Part shown: one piece after another, positions 12,209-25,633 of the stretch
How positions within the stretch are numbered: the stretch's first letter is position 1
Layout: each line of letters begins with the position of its first letter
Assembly (NCBI GenBank): GCA_002269645.1
Contig: NIVC01000016.1
Coordinates: 124,001-188,000 of the forward strand
DNA: 64,000 bases
Origin: Macrostomum lignano
Taxonomy: Eukaryota
Direction: 5' to 3'
Made by a program: the position numbers and the translations under genes
The notes under the pieces: generated by a model
Database searches by the model: none
What the model saw: only the letters and a program-made list of their open reading frames with translations
What the model was told of the DNA's origin: nothing

Positions 12209-12806
12209 CGAGGGGTGTCCGAAAAGTTCAGACACTTTTAATCTCAGAGCAAAAACAGTCGCAGCTGCAAGCACAACTTTGATGTCAATTTAATGCGGCA
12301 CATCTACTTTTCTTTCCAATGAATTCAGTCGCGTGAATTTTGGTTAGTTCATTCAAAAGTTATGTGTGAAAACCATTGCAATGCAACTGATAGTCTTACA
12401 GTAAAAGGTGAAGTACATAACTTAGTTTTTTATGGATCTTGTTTGCTCTAATGTACAGTGCATCCCTCTCTTACCGTCCACCATTTCTGTGTTGAGTATT
12501 TTATACACTCCGTCACTTGTAAGCAAATCTCACTGTTTTGCACCTTGCGAAATTTTGCTTAGTCAAGTGTTTTCATTTTTGTGATTATTGACACCATAAT
12601 GAGTGTGCAATCGAAAGAAGTCCAAAGGAATGGGAAAAGTGTGTTGCTACAGGTGGAGACCATGTTGGGAAGGCTGCTTTGAATTCATTCATTTTTCATT
12701 GGAAAGAAGAGATGTGCCGCTTAAAAATGGCACCAAAGTTTTGCTTGCAGCTGATACTATGTTTGCTCTGGGATTCAAAGTGTCTGAACTTTTCGGACAA
12801 CCCTCG
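12209..12806. mobile_element. Tc1/mariner-type MITE, 598 bp, TA TSD
   Basis: TA|CGAGGGGTGTCCGAAAAGTTCAGACACTTT... and ...AAAGTGTCTGAACTTTTCGGACAACCCTCG|TA; imperfect inverted arms of at least 100 bp; no transposase. Confidence 0.9.
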
Positions 12807-13184
12807 TACATAAATTCAGTAAATAAAGCCACAAAAACTGAAAATTTATCAAACAAATATGAGCCCAACGCTCATGAAAAATTTCTATTCAAAATGATAC
12901 TCTTGTGCTGTAGCATTTATTGTTTTCCATTTAGAAAATAATTGCAACAAAATATCTATATACTCGTAGTAAAAATGCAATTAAAAGCAAGAATATCTCT
13001 TACAAAATAGTAATACAATTAGACTAAACTCAGAGTAAATAGGTGAACAAACACGAAATTAGCTACAAAATTAGGAAATTCTTAGATTTAGAAATAAATA
13101 CTAGCTAAATAATAATCATCCCAGATACAGAACATACTACTAAATATCTATCCGGTTAGTAATAAGACAGTTTTAATAAGACAA

Positions 13185-14035
13185 TCATGGACGAAGCAAT
13201 ACAATCTCGATGACGCGAAGTCCTCTCTCGCTGGGATCGATCATGCTGAGATTGCGCGGCCCAAATACAGTGCGATTGTACTCTTCCACTAGGCGGCTGA
13301 CCGAGCGCAGGCACTTCGTTGTCGAGTTCACAGGTATGGGCTTCAGGTTATATTGAGAAGCGTTACAAAAGGGAAGGAGATGGACAGTGGACTCAGACAC
13401 AAGATGGGTGGTGGGCTCAAAGACACAAGGAGATGGACAGTGGACTCAAAAGATACACTGAAGATGGACAGGGGACTCAAAGACAGGAGATGGAGGGTGG
13501 GCTCAAAAGACACAAGGAGATGGACGGTGGACTCAAAAGACACAAAGAGATGGATGGTGGACTCAAAAGAGAAAAGTAGATGGACAGTGGACTCAAGATA
13601 CACTGAAGATGGACAGGCGACTCAAAAGACACACGGGAGATATATAGTGTACTCAAGGCACAAGATTGTTGGGGATAATATAGACAAGAAAATGAAAAAG
13701 ACACAAGGGCAGTGAACTCAAAGATCAGCAAACGCTTGTACCTTTTCGTATTGCGTCTCCATGCAGATGTATGCCAAGTAGCCAGTCAGACAGGCAAAGC
13801 AGCTCTCCAGATAGACACTGGCCGAGCCAGTCTCAGCAGCAATCAGTAGCTGGTTAATGTTGCCAATGACAGCAGTGAACACTTCCTCTGGTATTCTGCC
13901 CTGCAATTTAGCTGGCAGTTCAGTTGAGAAGCGCAACTCAGTACCATGGCTATAGTCACGGGGTACAAAGGCTTTGTTGGCTGGAGGCAAGATTGTGGCA
14001 CTAGAGCTATTTGGTAGTGGCTTTGATGAGCTCAT
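13185..14035 (-). CDS. GOLGA7: Golgin A7 / ERF4 family (DHHC palmitoyltransferase accessory subunit), 2 exons, 140 aa
   Basis: Exons 14035-13742 and 13313-13185 (423 nt, phase 0). Motifs FVPRDYSHGTELRF, LESCFACLTGYLAYICMETQYEK and IDPSERGLRVIEI. Confidence 0.93.
13365..13640. repeat. ~30-bp minisatellite in the GOLGA7 intron
   Basis: Imperfect copies of GATGGACAGTGGACTCAAAAGACACAAGGA. Confidence 0.85.
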
Positions 14036-17000
14036 CTTAGCTTAACATAGCATTGAAAATTGTTGCATGCAATGAGTAAAAATTCTGAGTGTATCTTCTT
14101 CAGGTTTTTGTCAAAATTATATAAAATGCTATCATACCTGAACCCTTCTTCATAATTGAAAATTATAGGCAAAGCTAATAGAAAGGTTGTTTACTAATCT
14201 AAAAGTAATATATTCTTAGATTCTGCAATAAATAACTTAATTATAGAGTTAAAGTATTAATACTAGTCTATTATATACAATTAATAATATTGGCCTCTTG
14301 AAAAAAGAGTCAGAGAGCAAAATGATTTTTTAATAAAAAAATGCTAATTAATTTTGATATTTCAAAACTTGAATGCATACTAATACAGCATCTATATTAA
14401 ACAAAATTTAAAATTGTCACTATAAACCATCTTAGATACAATAATATGCCTAAGCAAGAGTTGGAAAACCTTATGCCATTTGTAATTTAATCAGCTGAAG
14501 TCAATCACTTTACCAATGCTTTAGGATAATAGCTTTCAATATTTGTAACTTTATATGCTAATGTTTTAAATATTATATATGAGGAAGGCCCCTCTCGTTT
14601 TATGTAAAAATTCAATTGCTAGTACGCATTTCAAACTCGCGCTAAAACTAAGAATGACATTTTGTTTTACTATTTGTGTTTTCCAAAATATTTTCACAAT
14701 TTATTTTTTGTTAAAACTAGACCTAAAAATTGGTATAAATAGAAGCGAATTTCGCTGAAAGAGGAGCAACCGGTTTGGTCTCATTTCATGACTTGCTCTT
14801 GCACCTTAAGTGGTAACATAGTTAAGAAGTGTTTCAAGTAAATATTGAAAAGTATTTTCCGAGTTTTTCATTTGCAGAAGTAAGAGTGAAGTAGATGGAA
14901 GTGTGTACCATATATACTACTAGGAAGGAAAGTATTGAGTAGTAAGAGAATTACAAAGTAGATCTAGATCGATATATGTAAGAATAACCAGAGGCTGTGA
15001 CCCTCTGATCTCAGTAACACCTAGGACTTGGAAAGTACATGCAATATGTATACCAGTAAAGCCAATATACCGCTCAAGCCAAATCATTAGAACACTACTA
15101 GGAACATTATAAATGCTACCAGAATAATAGAGGAGATACTTGTAAGGACTGAATAATATACTCAGACATATTCTAAGAAACAATATTACTAGACTTATTC
15201 TAAGATTAATAAACTCATAATTTATTAATAGAATAGTCTTGGTGACAGCTACCAACATTAAGACATTTAATAATAACCCCCCAACTTGGTGGCATTGTGG
15301 AATCATTTATAAAGACAGAAATTAAGCCCTGTAACAACTTAGTGACAGCTAGGGAATCATTTGTAGAGATAGAAGAATTATGCCTTTGACAACTTGGTGG
15401 CAGCTTTAGGATATTTAATAAATAGGAATTAGACAAGTAGCCCTGTTACAGTTGGTGGCTAACTGGTGAGATTCTGTATTGTACAGGAACACCACTTCAA
15501 CAACTTGCTTGCAGCAGTGGGATAATTTCAGTGAGAGCAACCACCCCTACAACAACTTTGGTGGCATTAATAGGATTTCTAGAGAGAGCTAAAAGGCCTG
15601 TTACATATAATATGAATTAATTTGATATTATACTTTTATATCATAATTTATGATAATGCTTTGTGTAGGAAAATTTCTCTCTTAGAAATACATTTGAGTT
15701 TAATTTCTAATATGGATAGTATAAAGCAAAATATTGAATAAAAATGATAAGATAATGAGCTATTTAGGTACATGCAGACAGCAATTTTTTCCTATGCAAA
15801 CAATGCAATATCCTGATTGCAATGGCTTATATCGCACAATATAAGCAAAGATATGCAGTTTATTAATATAGGCTTAGATAAAGTTAAGTTAATTATAAGA
15901 AAAAGTCAACTAGGCCTTAGTCTATAACAAATAAAAAATATTCATCATATTATACATACAAAATATTATTCTAAATTCCTTTAAACTGGAAGTTTATGAA
16001 ATATTGGAGACTAGACACAACAATGATTGCAAAATTGCTTGCATGGTCAATAAAGCCTAAACAAACATGCATCATTTAGCAATTAGCATATCTAAATAAA
16101 ACAAACTGATAGCAATTGATAACAAAAGGCATGTCCAGCAGCAGATAGAACAACTGGATTTGGGTTAGAATAGGCCTATACTCTTACTTTTTTTATTTGT
16201 AAATTTTAAATAATCTTGTTAATACTAATACTAATAGGTTGATTAAATATTCGAAACAAAAAAAATTTAAAGCGTAAAGTCCTAATAGATTTTTCAAAAG
16301 TCCAGTGACAAATAGAAAAAAAAATTACTTAATAAAAACATTTCCGTTTTTCGCAAGCATCTGCCGCCGCTATAGACTTCGCGGTCGCCACGCAGTTTGA
16401 ATTTAAAAACGTACAGTAGGTAACGTAAAACAATTTGATCAATTACAGGAATTTTAAATCGATCAAACTAAGTGAGCAGTTTCTAATGAAATAATATATA
16501 TATGTGAAGCGTAGATCAGTAAATCTTTATGAAATTTACTGATTTTGGACTAAAAAATTTCAGTCCAGCGACCACCGTCTTACCAACAAATTCGCAAAAC
16601 TCAAATGTGGAATTCGACAGACAAACTGTAAGTGTATGCAGGTCTAGTTAGTAGACACTGCCATTAAAATTCCCTCTTTAAGGCGTGTGAAATTGCGAAA
16701 AATCTTAGAATTGTATTATCATAAAACATGCGCAATAGGCGACTAAATTTGGTATATTTTTCTCAGAAATCGTACCTCAAGAAGTTATAAAAGATGGAAG
16801 AGTGGGACCATGATTGAATTGGAATTCACGGGTGTGACTATTGAAACCAAACCGGAGTCTAAAGAGATTAGTCGAGTTATTGAAATTAGAAATTAATGAA
16901 TACAGTAGTTTTGCATTCGGTGGCATGCATTACGATAGAATAAGCAAACTAAATATAAATTACTTAAATCCTTATTAGGCAAACCGGTTTCTCTAAAAGC

Positions 17001-17119
17001 GTGTATATATGAATCTAAACTAGGCTTCATTCATACATAATAATCCATACTGAGACACCGACACCAAACTTAAGCCAGTTAAGAGTGCGTATTTCAAGTT
17101 CATTATACTCGTAATTGAT

Positions 17120-20100
17120 TTAGCTCTGATCGAGATCGCCCTGCAGGCGGTGGTATTCCCGCAGGCGGAGCGCGTTAATCCGAATGAAGCCTTCAGCGTC
17201 CCGAGGCTCATAGTTGCCCTGCACGTCCATGCTGACCAGCTCCTGGTTGTACAGACTGAACTCCGAGTCTCTGGCGGTCACGTGCACTCCGCCCTTGAAT
17301 AGAGACAGCTGCACGGTGCCGGAGACACGCTCTTGGGATCTGGTGAGCGAATAGCGGGAGAGAATCTAAGGAAACAGTCTTATATTGATTGTTACGAGCG
17401 GAACGGAATATTTAGGAAGATCTGATAACAAAAACTAAAGATTAGTCGCAGAAAGGATTGAATGTTTTTGACAGTCTATAGCCTAACGCCTGCCTTGTTA
17501 CTCTGGGAGTCTGTCAGTTCAATTCACCAATCAGTTTGGTCCCTCTGCGAGTTAGTCAAATTACTCTTCAAGTGTGCCGGGTCTTTGTAAGTCTGTCATT
17601 TTGTTCCACTAATACTTTGGTCACTACACTAACCATGATCACTCCACTAACTCATAGGTCACCTCTACAAACTCTTTGGTCACTTCACAAACTCTTTAGT
17701 CACTCCACAAACTCTTTTGGTCACTCTAAAAACTCTTTGGTCCCCCCACTAACTCTTTGGTCACTCTACTAACTCTTTGGTCACTCCACAAACTCTTTGG
17801 TCCCCCCACTAACTCTTTGGTCACTCCACAAACTCTTTGGTCCCCCCACTAACTCTTTGGTCACTCCACAAACTCTTTGGTCACCCCACTAACTCTTTGG
17901 TCACTCCACAAACTCTTTGGTCACTCCACAAACTCTTTAGTCACTCCACAAACTCTTTGGTCCCCCCACTAACTCTTTGGTCACTCCACAAACTCTTTGG
18001 TCCCCCCACTAACTCTTTGGTCACTCCACAAACTCTTTGGTCACTCCACAAACTCTTTAGTCACTCCACAAACTCTTTGGTCCCCCCACTAACTCTTTGG
18101 TCACTCCACAAACTCTTTGGTCCCCCCACTAACTCTTTGGTCACTCTACTAACTCTTTGGTCACTCCACAAACTCTTTGGTCACTCCACAAACTCTTTGG
18201 TCACTCTACTAACTCTTTGGTCACTCCACAAACTCTTTGGTCCCTCCACAAACTCTTTGGTCACTCCATAAACTCTTTGGTCACTCCACAAACTCTTTGG
18301 TCACTCCATAAACTCTTTGGTCACTCCATAAACTCTTTGGTCACTCCACAAACTCTTTGGTCACTCCATAAACTCTTTGGTCACCCCACTAACTCTTTGG
18401 TCACTCCACTAACTCTTTGGTCACTCCACAAACTCTTTGGTCACTCCATAAACTCTTTGGTCACCCCACTAAATCTTTGGTCACTCTACTAATCTTTTGG
18501 TCATTTATATACTAAAAATTTACTAAATGACTAAATTTACTATTAGAAAAACTTTTTTCTGCAGCTATTACAAAAATTTAAAGGATTGCTTTTAAAAAAT
18601 GAAAGATTCATAAACTTTACTTTACGTTAAAAAGGAATTTATAGTTCAAGTTGATTAACGAATGAAAAATATAGTTTGAAATTACGATAGTCCAATTATG
18701 CCAATTGAAGTAAAGTAATACAACCCCCCCCCCCGATCCACCTACCGCTTGATGCAGTCGCGCAGGAATTTACACTCGGGTGAGAACCAGAAGCCTCTGT
18801 AGACCTGCTCGCCAAAGTCCAACGCCAGCCGTTGCTTGATGCGTCGCAGCTCGCGGTCCATCGTCAGCACCTCGATGTCGATGTGAGCCTGGCGCAGGAT
18901 TGTACCAGCGGGGGTCTCGTAGACTCCGCGACTCTTCATGCCGATGAACCGGTTCTCCACGATGTCAACACGGCCGATGCCATGCTCGCCGCTGCAACGA
19001 GCCATTTCGGTTGAGGCTTTGGTCACTCAGCCGGGCAATTTGGTCACTCTACCTAGCTGTTTGGTCACTCTACCTGGCTGTTTGGTCACTCTACCGGGCT
19101 GTTTGGTCACTCTACCGGGCTGTTTGGTCACTCTACCTGGCTGTTTGGTCACTAGCTGGCTGTTTGGTCACTCTACCTGGCTGTTTGGTCACTAGCTGGC
19201 TGTTTGGTCACTAGCTGGCTGTTTGGTCACTAGCTGGCTGTTTGGTCACTAGCTGGCTGTTTGGTCACTCTACCTGGCTGTTTGGTCACTAGCTGGCTGT
19301 TTGGTCACTAGCTGGCTGTTTGGTCACTAGCTGGCTGTTTGGTCACTCTACCTGGCTGTTTGGTCACTAGCTGGCTGTTTGGTCACTCTACCTGGCTGTT
19401 TGGTCACTCTACCTGGCTGTTTGGTCACTAGCTGGCTGTTTGGTCACTCTACCTGGCTGTTTGGTCACTCTACCTGGCTGTTTGGTCCCTAGCTGGCTGT
19501 TTGGTCACTAGCTGGCTGTTTGGTTACTAGCTGGCTGTTTGGTTACTAGCTGGCTGTTTGGTCACTAGCTGGCTGTTTGGTTACTAGCTGGCTGTTTGGT
19601 CACTAGCTTTCTGTTTAGTCATTCTACTGGGCCAATTTACTCTGTGTGGCTCTGCTTACGATGGGAGTCTGTTTGCCTCTCATCTGTATCAGCAAGCCTT
19701 TCCAAGTACAATTCTGCACAAAGAAACAAAGCCACGAACCCAATCTTGTTCAAGTAGGTGTACAGCTCCAGACTGCCTGTGATCTCCTCTCCCGTAGTCA
19801 GGTTTGTCACCTTCACCGGGATACCCTGCTCGAAGCGGATGGAAATCCTGGCGGCCTGATCGGGCGCCTCAGCTGGGCTCTTCGTCATCGTGCAGAGGTC
19901 CTGCGGCGCCTCCACCTTCGGGTCCTCCAGAATTCCCGACTCGTAGCTGGTCAGGTCAGGGTTTGGTGCGAGTTGCGGCTTATTTCTGACTGAATATTCT
20001 CTCCGGTCTTTCTCGGCTCTCTCCCTTACTTAACCTCTCCTTTCTCTCCCCTGTCTCTCTTCCTCTCCCGTCTCTCTTCCTCTCCCGTCTCCTTCTATCC

Positions 20101-21686
20101 CGTCTCCCTTCCTCCCTGTCTGCCTCTCTCGTCTCTCCCTCTCCCGTCTCCCCTGTCTCCCTCTCCCCGTCTCCCTCTCTCCCGTCTACCCCTCTCCCCA
20201 GTGGGTCGCTTTCACAAGCGCTAATTTTTATAACCGCTAACGACATTGACTTTCACAAGCGCTAAATTTCACAAGCGTAGCTAATGTGAAGTTTAGCGCT
20301 TGTGAAAGTAGGTGAGTTAGCGCTTATGAAAATTAGCGCTTGTGAGGCCTCCCCTCCCCAGTCCCCAGTCTCCCTCTCTCCCTGTCCCTCTCTCCCTGTC
20401 CCTCTTCTCCCCTGTCTCTCTCTCTGTCCTTTATCTTCCCTTCTCCCTTGTCTTTTCCCCGCCTCTCCCCCATCCCCCTTCTGTGGCTCCCGGGCAGACC
20501 CGTGGCGCACCTGATATGCATGAGGTTGCCGTCCATGCTCCATGGCGACTTAGGCGTCACCGGCAGCGGGATATTGTGCGCCTTGGCGTACTCGAACAGC
20601 GCCTGCCGGCCAGCGAATCTCTCGTAGAACTCGGGCAGCCGCCAGGGCGACACGACTTCGACTTGAGGACACAGGGCGTAGCTGGCCAGCTCGAATCGGA
20701 TCTGGTCGTTGCCTTTGCCTGTGGCGCCGTGGCTCACGTGGCTGGCGCCCTCCTCACTGGCCACCCGGATGATGCCGCTAGCGATGCAGGGCCGGGCCAG
20801 GGCTGTGCCGAGCAGATACCTGCAGAGGGCGGGGGCAGTTGCCTGCTGTCATGCTCGAAACTTACGAGCGCTAGTCAAGGACTGCTTAAGTCAGGGTTCG
20901 GCAGACTTTTTACATGTTCCTCACGGGCCAGGTGAAGAATCCAGCTCATGGCTGCGGGCTAGATGAGAGTGGAAAGGAGAGGGAATAGATGAGAGACGAG
21001 ATAAGAGATAAGAAAGAAGATAAGAGGAGAGAAGACGAGATAAGAGATAAGAAAGAAGATAAGAGGAGAGAAGACGAGATAAGAGATAAGAAAGAAGATA
21101 AGAGGAGAGAAGACGAGATAAGAGATAAGAAAGAAGATAAGAGGAGAGAAGACGAGATAAGAGATAAGAAATAAGATAAGAGGAGAGAAGACGAGATAAG
21201 AGATAAGAAAGAAGATAAGAGGAGAGAAGACGAGAGACGAGAGAATGGCGATAAGGGAGAGAGGAGAGGGGAAAGAGGAGAGGGGGAGAGGAGAGGGGAG
21301 AGAGGAGATAGCATACATACTACTTGCATACTACTGTCTCTACCCTATATGTACGTAGCTCTAATATATTTGGCAGCGCAGAAATTTGGAATTATTATTT
21401 GCACTATTTCCTGCCCTCACCTATCCTCATAGATGGCGTCAGCCTGCACGGCCGGGAAGATATAGTTATCAACGAAGTCCCTGCGCAGGTCCAGGCACAC
21501 GTATTTGATAGCGCCCAGCGACAAAGCCTTCTGCTTGGCCGCCTCGAAATCGTCATCCTGGCCAACATCGGCCGTGAATGCGATCACATCGTAGCCTTGC
21601 TCGATCAGCCAAACTAGAATACACGACGTGTCCAATCCGCCGCTGTAGGCTAGAACAATCTTCTTCTTTGGCTGACTAGCGCTCAT
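17120..21686 (-). CDS. ASS1: Argininosuccinate synthase, 5 exons, 415 aa
   Basis: Exons 21686-21421, 20819-20511, 19946-19740, 18991-18746 and 17339-17120 sum to 1248 nt in frame. Motifs [44 protein letters not shown] and [16 protein letters not shown]. Confidence 0.97.
17590..18500. repeat. 20-bp minisatellite (~45 copies) in ASS1 intron 4
   Basis: AACTCTTTGGTCACTCCACA and variants. Confidence 0.97.
19020..19610. repeat. 19/21-bp minisatellite in ASS1 intron 3
   Basis: TTGGTCACTCTACCTGGCTGT and TTGGTCACTAGCTGGCTGT units. Confidence 0.97.
20210..20346. repeat. Small modular foldback in ASS1 intron 2, flanked by CT-rich tracts
   Basis: Three copies of TTTCACAAGCG(CTAA) at 20210, 20251 and 20267, followed by three reverse-complement copies TTAGCGCTTGTGAAA at 20293, 20317 and 20333. 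Confidence 0.9.
20892..21310. mobile_element. Partial hAT-MITE arm followed by a 39-bp AG-rich minisatellite, in ASS1 intron 1
   Basis: CAGGGTTCGGCAGAC...GGGCCAG...GAATCCAGCTCATGGCT matches the arms at 8920-8978 (reverse complement), 44503 and 47090. It is followed by ~7 copies of AGAAGACGAGATAAGAGATAAGAAAGAAGATAAGAGGAG. Confidence 0.75.
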
Positions 21687-24600
21687 TGTGATACTCTTAT
21701 TGCTGTAGTAATAACAAGTTAATCTACGTCAGGTGAAAACTGGATTTTTGGGGCGCACTCTGTGAGTCACAAGAGCTAGGGGGCACTTTTATACCTCAGT
21801 AAGAAACTTCCAGGCCTCCGGTTCCAACACAAATACAATCTGTACATTTCTCTCACTCCCCAACCCCCTCCCCGCTCTGCGCCAGGGTAAATTAAAGGGG
21901 GAATGGAGGGGGTGGTGGGTGCAGCGATAAAAGAACGGAGTGAATGTACATTCCACCGGCCCAGTGTACAATCCGACCCGAACAAATCCAGTGGAATGGT
22001 CCAGTGAAAATTATAAAAAACCTTTATAAAGCCATTGCAACAGCTGTCGAGTCTTCTTATTAAACACACAATAGATAATGTAGCACGTCTAGCAGCTCTG
22101 ATTTCTAAAGTTACCGAGGTGAATGTATAACAGTAGTACCAGATAGTACGCGCTCGTACTAAGGAATAGCAGGAGCAATTATTGAATAAATACTACGAGC
22201 TCGGTTCGGTGAAGTAGCAATCCACGCAGACCTCTTTTATGTGCAGTTGTCATCATTGATTTTTTTAGTTGTCCCTGCAAGTTAAGCACCGGGTGTAGCA
22301 GCCACTAAAGCACATTTACCTGTATTGGGGGTCACTGAAGGACGATGGGTTATCCAAGGTTAACTTGGATAACGAAAAGTGGAAGCCAAAGAAACATAAA
22401 ATTCAATCTGGCACCAAGCTAAGATTGTTTACATTAGAACATGCAAATGCGTCATTCAAAGTAAATAATTTGAAGAGCGACAGACACCCGATTGAACTTC
22501 GAGATTAAAACCCGCTGCCTACCCCTAAGAATAATTAAAGTGCCTAACGAACCACGGCCTTAAAGAATGGCCGTTAGGGTGAATAGAGTTGAAATCGACC
22601 TGAAGAGTTTCGGAATTTTGAAAATTGCAGGCAATCAAAAACTTAAGCCACTTTGGCGTCTTCCCGCACACAAGTTTAATGCCGGCTAATGGTTATTGTA
22701 AATATTTCATAATCTCTCCATAAGTAAATGGCGTATCCAACGATGCCCGATGGTAAACCAACCTCAATCCCAAATTTTCACAAACCAACCTTTGGCTTAT
22801 GACGAGAAATAACGAAGTCAAAAGATGAATACAAACAAATCGCAACATAATTAAGTGAAATGAAATCCTATAGGTGACACCTTGAGACAGAAGAGCGCAT
22901 CAAAAGAAAGCAACGACAGACAATTTTAAAGGGTGCGCGATTTATTGATTCAATTTATTGACGGCTTAATAGTTTTGCAGCCTCTTCCCAGATGACGACC
23001 TCGACCTGCTTATTCGAAAGCAAATAATATACAGTTCATTTACACATCGACAGATTAACTACAGATTCCGCGCCAATAGTGGGATTAATTATATATTTAT
23101 ATCTAATATCCAAACTAAAAGTTCACCACAGACTTGTCGCGAAATTAAAAGGCTTTGAGTTTTTTTAATTGATTAAGAACTTATTAACAAAGCTAATGTA
23201 GTAAAAATGGTTGAAAAGCTAAGCGGCGGGAGGTTGGCAGTAAGGACAGGGGAGCCAGCCAATGAAAGTGGCGCTAGGTGGGGTAGAGAATGAAAGCAAT
23301 GTACATTACAGAATGTACACGCACTGTGTGAGCTTAAATTGGCCAATTGCAAAAGGTCAGGGTGGGATGTGGTGGGTGTATTTGCTTATCCGGAGCTAAA
23401 AATAGCAACACTAGAGTTAATAATGTACGGTTCATGTACATTGTACATGTAGGGCGAATGGTTTCCGTTTTATGAAGATTACTAAAAATAATTACCGACA
23501 GAATGCGACAAGTCTGTTAGTCAGAAGCCTCATTGAAACAATTTTACATTTTGCTCAATTATTATACTCGTATATCCGGCTCACATAGATGTGAACTTCA
23601 TTCACTATTTCCCAATATATAGTGAAATGAATTCAGTTCGACTGCTTTGATCCTAGCAATTCTTGAAGCTTCATAATTGGAGTAAAAATGAAGCTTAAAG
23701 GATGAAAAACCGCTTGAAAAGATCAAAATTAGCAAAGCCAAATTTAACGCTGTATTGATTTTGTCCGCTCAAAAACTCGACTATTCTTTAGACAGCTCAA
23801 GCCATTCCTAACTCCCCCCCCCCAAGGCGCTCAGCCGCACAGTTAACAATAATGAAAATAATAAATTGACAAAAAAGGTGCGCCGGTTAAAATGAAAAGC
23901 TAAAAAAAAACACGCACACACAAAATCCCGCTAAGGACAGAAAGCAATAAGGGTACTTACATCAGTGAAGGAAAACCAAAGGAACACAATTAACTAATTT
24001 AGATTATATAGCACACACTGCAGATAAGCCCGCAGACTGAGCTGCTCCCGCTACAATCGGATAAAGACCAGTTACTGTATAAATAAGCACGTAAAATTTA
24101 ATATATGTTCATTCAGTCTATAGTGGGTGCATCGCGCATTTAGCAAAGTTGTATTCATTTTTTTCTAATTAGAAGCGGAGCACATTAGTGATAATAATAA
24201 CAAATAAACAAATAAAAAGGAATAATACGACAGGAGCAGGATAAACTAGACACGGCTAAAGCGATCTCTCATACGCGAGTTTATTGTTTGATAAATAAAC
24301 AAATTTTTAATCAAATTTTCGAGCTGAGGCTAAGGGAGGGCTTAGGTGCAATGTTATACACGCGGAGAGACAGCGGCACATGCTACTGTAAGTAGCCATA
24401 CACTTTTTGCTCTATTCAAGAATTTCGGGACAAATTTTCTCTCTGAAATAAAAACCTGAACAAACAAGAGGGGATTCGGGAGAGGGGGTAGCGGGGCCAT
24501 TCTGGGACGAACAGGACAAGGTGCCGTCTATAACTTATTGCTTTGTTATCTGTTAGATTAGACTGAAGCGGAAATACAGAGCTAAATAGACAGTCGCTTC

Positions 24601-24694
24601 GTGATTGGCTGAGGAGGGCAGGCGACGAAGGGGGCTCAGTCAGATGGACAGACAGTCTGACATGCTGGAGCTGGCAGGTTCGGACAGCCATTCC

Positions 24695-25602
24695 TTACAG
24701 CTTTTCAACCTTGCTGGACACAACCACGGGGTTGGCCTTGCGGATCTCCTCCTGGCCGAGGCTCTGGTAGTCAAAGTCGCACTCGTGCTTGTCGCTGTAG
24801 CGATGGATGGCGCAGTAGACACCGCCGCAGCGACACTCGAAGCCTGGGGTGCGGGAGGAATGGGCCGGTGAGGTGGGTCACTGGCTGTGTGCGGTGAGTC
24901 ACTGGCTGTGTGCGGTGAGTCACTGGCTGTGTGCGGTGGGTCACTGGCTGTCTGCAGTGGGTCACTGGCTGTGTGCGGTGAGTCACTGGCTGTGTGCGGT
25001 GAGTCACTGGCTGTGTGCGGTGAGTCACTGGCTGTGTGCGGTGAGTCACTGGCTGTGTGCGGTGGGTCACTGGCTGTCTGCGGTGGGTCACTGACTGAAG
25101 AGGCTGAATGAGGCAAAACAATGTGATATTTTCATTCTTACAAAACCAGCAGCCTGACACTTACCTGTCAAGCCGGTTTTCTTCTTGCACACTCCGCAAC
25201 GATTGCGCTGCTTCTGCCGCGGCTTGTCCTCGGCGACCGGCTTTGCGACCGACTCTGACTCTGCAATTTGGGGGGTTGGCGACCTGGATAGCTGCACACC
25301 TCCCCCCTTACCTGGGAGATCCGCTCCCTTCCTCAGCTAGGCGATCCGCTCTCCCCCTCACATAGGGGATCCGCTCTCTCCCACACATAGGGGATCCGCT
25401 CCCTCTCTCACCTGTAGGATCCGCTCTCTCCTTCACCTGGGGGATCCGCTCTCCCTCACCTGGGGGATCCGCTCCCTCCCTCACCTGGGAGAGAGCATTC
25501 CATCAGTCTATCTCTAACATTCCATCAGTCTATCTATAACATCTATGAGTCATCTCTAAAATTGTATCAGTCATGTAGCACTCTTATTATTATATTTTAT
25601 AC

Positions 25603-25633
<31 letters not shown>

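Noticed and set aside
6069-21686. Bacterial horizontal origin or contamination of Amt/ASS1
   Set aside because: Both have multiple spliceosomal introns and animal-type sequence motifs.
23101-24260. Possible additional Helitron relic (ATCTAATATCCAAACTAAAA start)
   Set aside because: No (CTGT)n leader, matching 3' hairpin or clear similarity to units Z, A or B could be established by eye.
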